From contig JANNCZ010000565.1 of NCBI GenBank assembly GCA_031387185.1, forward strand, positions 1-44,006: a DNA stretch of 44,006 nt, written 5' to 3'. Of this stretch, positions 42,922 through 44,006 are shown piece after piece. The position numbers and the translations under genes were made by a program. The notes beneath the pieces were generated by a model. That model did no database searches. It was not told where the DNA came from and saw nothing but the letters and a program-made list of their open reading frames with translations. How positions within the stretch are numbered: the stretch's first letter is position 1; each line of letters opens with the position of its first letter. Origin of the DNA: Burkholderiales bacterium (GTDB lineage: Bacteria > Pseudomonadota > Gammaproteobacteria > Burkholderiales > JAEUOS01).

Positions 42922-44006
42922 TCAAGACTGACTCCAACTTTGCCAGAGGGCTTTTTTGTCGATCTTGCCGAGCGCAGTCATCGGCATCGACGCGATGAAT
43001 GCCAGCCGCTTGGGCGCCTGAAAGGAGCCCTTCAATTGGCGTACCCAAGCGGTCAGTTCGTCTGCCGTCGCCAGGTTCTCGCTGCGCAAGACAACTGAGG
43101 CGGTAACCGCTTCACCCCATTTGGCATCGGGAATTCCATAGACCGCCGCGACCTCTACAGCGGGATGGGCTTCCAAGGCCGCCTCTACCTCCCGTGCGTA
43201 AACATTGAATCCACCCGAAATGATCATGTCCTTGGTGCGCCCTACGATTTCAATAAATCCGTCGGTGTGTGCATAGGCAAGATCGCCCGTGTGAAGCCAA
43301 CCGCTCTGCAAAGCATTGGCAGTCTCCTCAGGGCGATTGAAGTATTCGCCCATGACCTGACCACCATTGGCGATCATCTCCCCGACTTTGCCTTGCGCAA
43401 CATCCTTTCCGCTCGAATCGACGATTCGCAGCTTGATGGAGGGCACGGGCGTGCCACACGAGCGCCATCTGTGCGGCAAGTCGGGGTCGAGGTCCGTGGG
43501 TTTGAGGCGACACAGTGGATAACATTCGGTCTGCCCGTACACCTGGTAAAGAACCGGGCCAAAGACCCCGACCGCGCGCCGGAGCTGGTCGGTAGTTATG
43601 CTCGCGCCCCCATAGAAAAATTTCGTCAGACTGGCCAGGTCACGCGGTCGCGCAGCTTGCTCCTCAGCCAATGCAGACAGGGCAGTGGGAACGAGCAGCG
43701 TCGAGGTGATGCGCCAGCGTTCGATGGCGGCCGCCACGGCGCGCGGCGTCGCCTCTTCAAGAGCGTATGCCGTGCCGCCACACATCAGGGTCGGCAGAAT
43801 CTTGGTTCCACTGACATGAGAAATCGGCCCAGCGACAAGGTAACGACTTTCCAATTCGATTTCGTAGTCGTCGACGATGCGCTTGGCGATCAAAGCCCAG
43901 TCCGCCTGCGTGCGGATCACAGCTTTAGGCTTGCCTGTTGTGCCGCCGGTGTATGCGAGCAAGGCCAGCTCGTCTGGCAATGACCTGTCAACGACCTCAG
44001 CGGATG
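42922..44006 (-). CDS. AMP-dependent acyl-CoA synthetase/ligase (N-terminus beyond window)
   Basis: It has the AMP-binding signature LAYTGGTTGKPKAV, plus YGQTE, GWLHTGDLAY and ISGGFNVY, and a C-terminal ...MTALGKIDKKAL. The frame stays open to the window edge (SAEVVDRSLPDEL...), so the TTG/M given in the ORF track is not the true start. Confidence 0.9.
   Translation of the reverse strand, partial: SAEVVDRSLPDELALLAYTGGTTGKPKAVIRTQADWALIAKRIVDDYEIELESRYLVAGPISHVSGTKILPTLMCGGTAYALEEATPRAVAAAIERWRITSTLLVPTALSALAEEQAARPRDLASLTKFFYGGASITTDQLRRAVGVFGPVLYQVYGQTECYPLCRLKPTDLDPDLPHRWRSCGTPVPSIKLRIVDSSGKDVAQGKVGEMIANGGQVMGEYFNRPEETANALQSGWLHTGDLAYAHTDGFIEIVGRTKDMIISGGFNVYAREVEAALEAHPAVEVAAVYGIPDAKWGEAVTASVVLRSENLATADELTAWVRQLKGSFQAPKRLAFIASMPMTALGKIDKKALWQSWSQS

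Overview
High-GC proteobacterial chromosome segment. Spot counts of single 60-nt lines gave about 70% GC in the flagellar part and 43-47% in the last 3.5 kb. It looks like a polar-flagellated betaproteobacterium of the Burkholderiales type; this is inferred from FlhF/FlhG, a Bug-family binding protein and gene order, and is not proven. Layout: (1) 1-22.8 kb is a flagellar block: flhB (3' end)-flhA-flhF-flhG-fliA, then an inserted 1255-aa PAS/GAF histidine kinase plus a single-domain receiver, then flgN-flgM-flgA (minus strand) divergent from flgBCDEFGHIJKL. (2) 22.8-32.6 kb is a dense signalling island abutting flgL. It holds an operon of pseudo-receiver, input-less hybrid kinase (HisKA-HATPase-REC-REC-Hpt) and REC-PAS-GGDEF-EAL protein; a divergent GGDEF cyclase with a large uncharacterised N-terminal domain; and a NarL-type regulator with a REC-PAS-HisKA_3 kinase. 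(3) 32.6-40.3 kb holds a 5'-truncated cheB remnant, an ACMSD-family amidohydrolase, a beta-hydroxyacid dehydrogenase and a LIV-type ABC transporter (5 genes). (4) 40.3-44.0 kb holds a luciferase-like monooxygenase remnant and a visibly lower-GC operon: acyl-CoA ligase (runs off the window)-nitronate monooxygenase-Bug binding protein-PaaI thioesterase. I recognised no rRNA, tRNA, CRISPR array, transposase or integrase. I found no clear-cut new defence or mobile system. The best candidate for something undescribed is the pseudo-receiver / sensor-less hybrid kinase / GGDEF-EAL cassette next to the flagellar genes. Next are an in-frame 9-bp x 9 tandem repeat, (QVG)9, inside the FlhF GTPase domain and an FlhG with a degenerate ATPase core. 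All product calls rest on motif recognition in the supplied translations; no database search was run.
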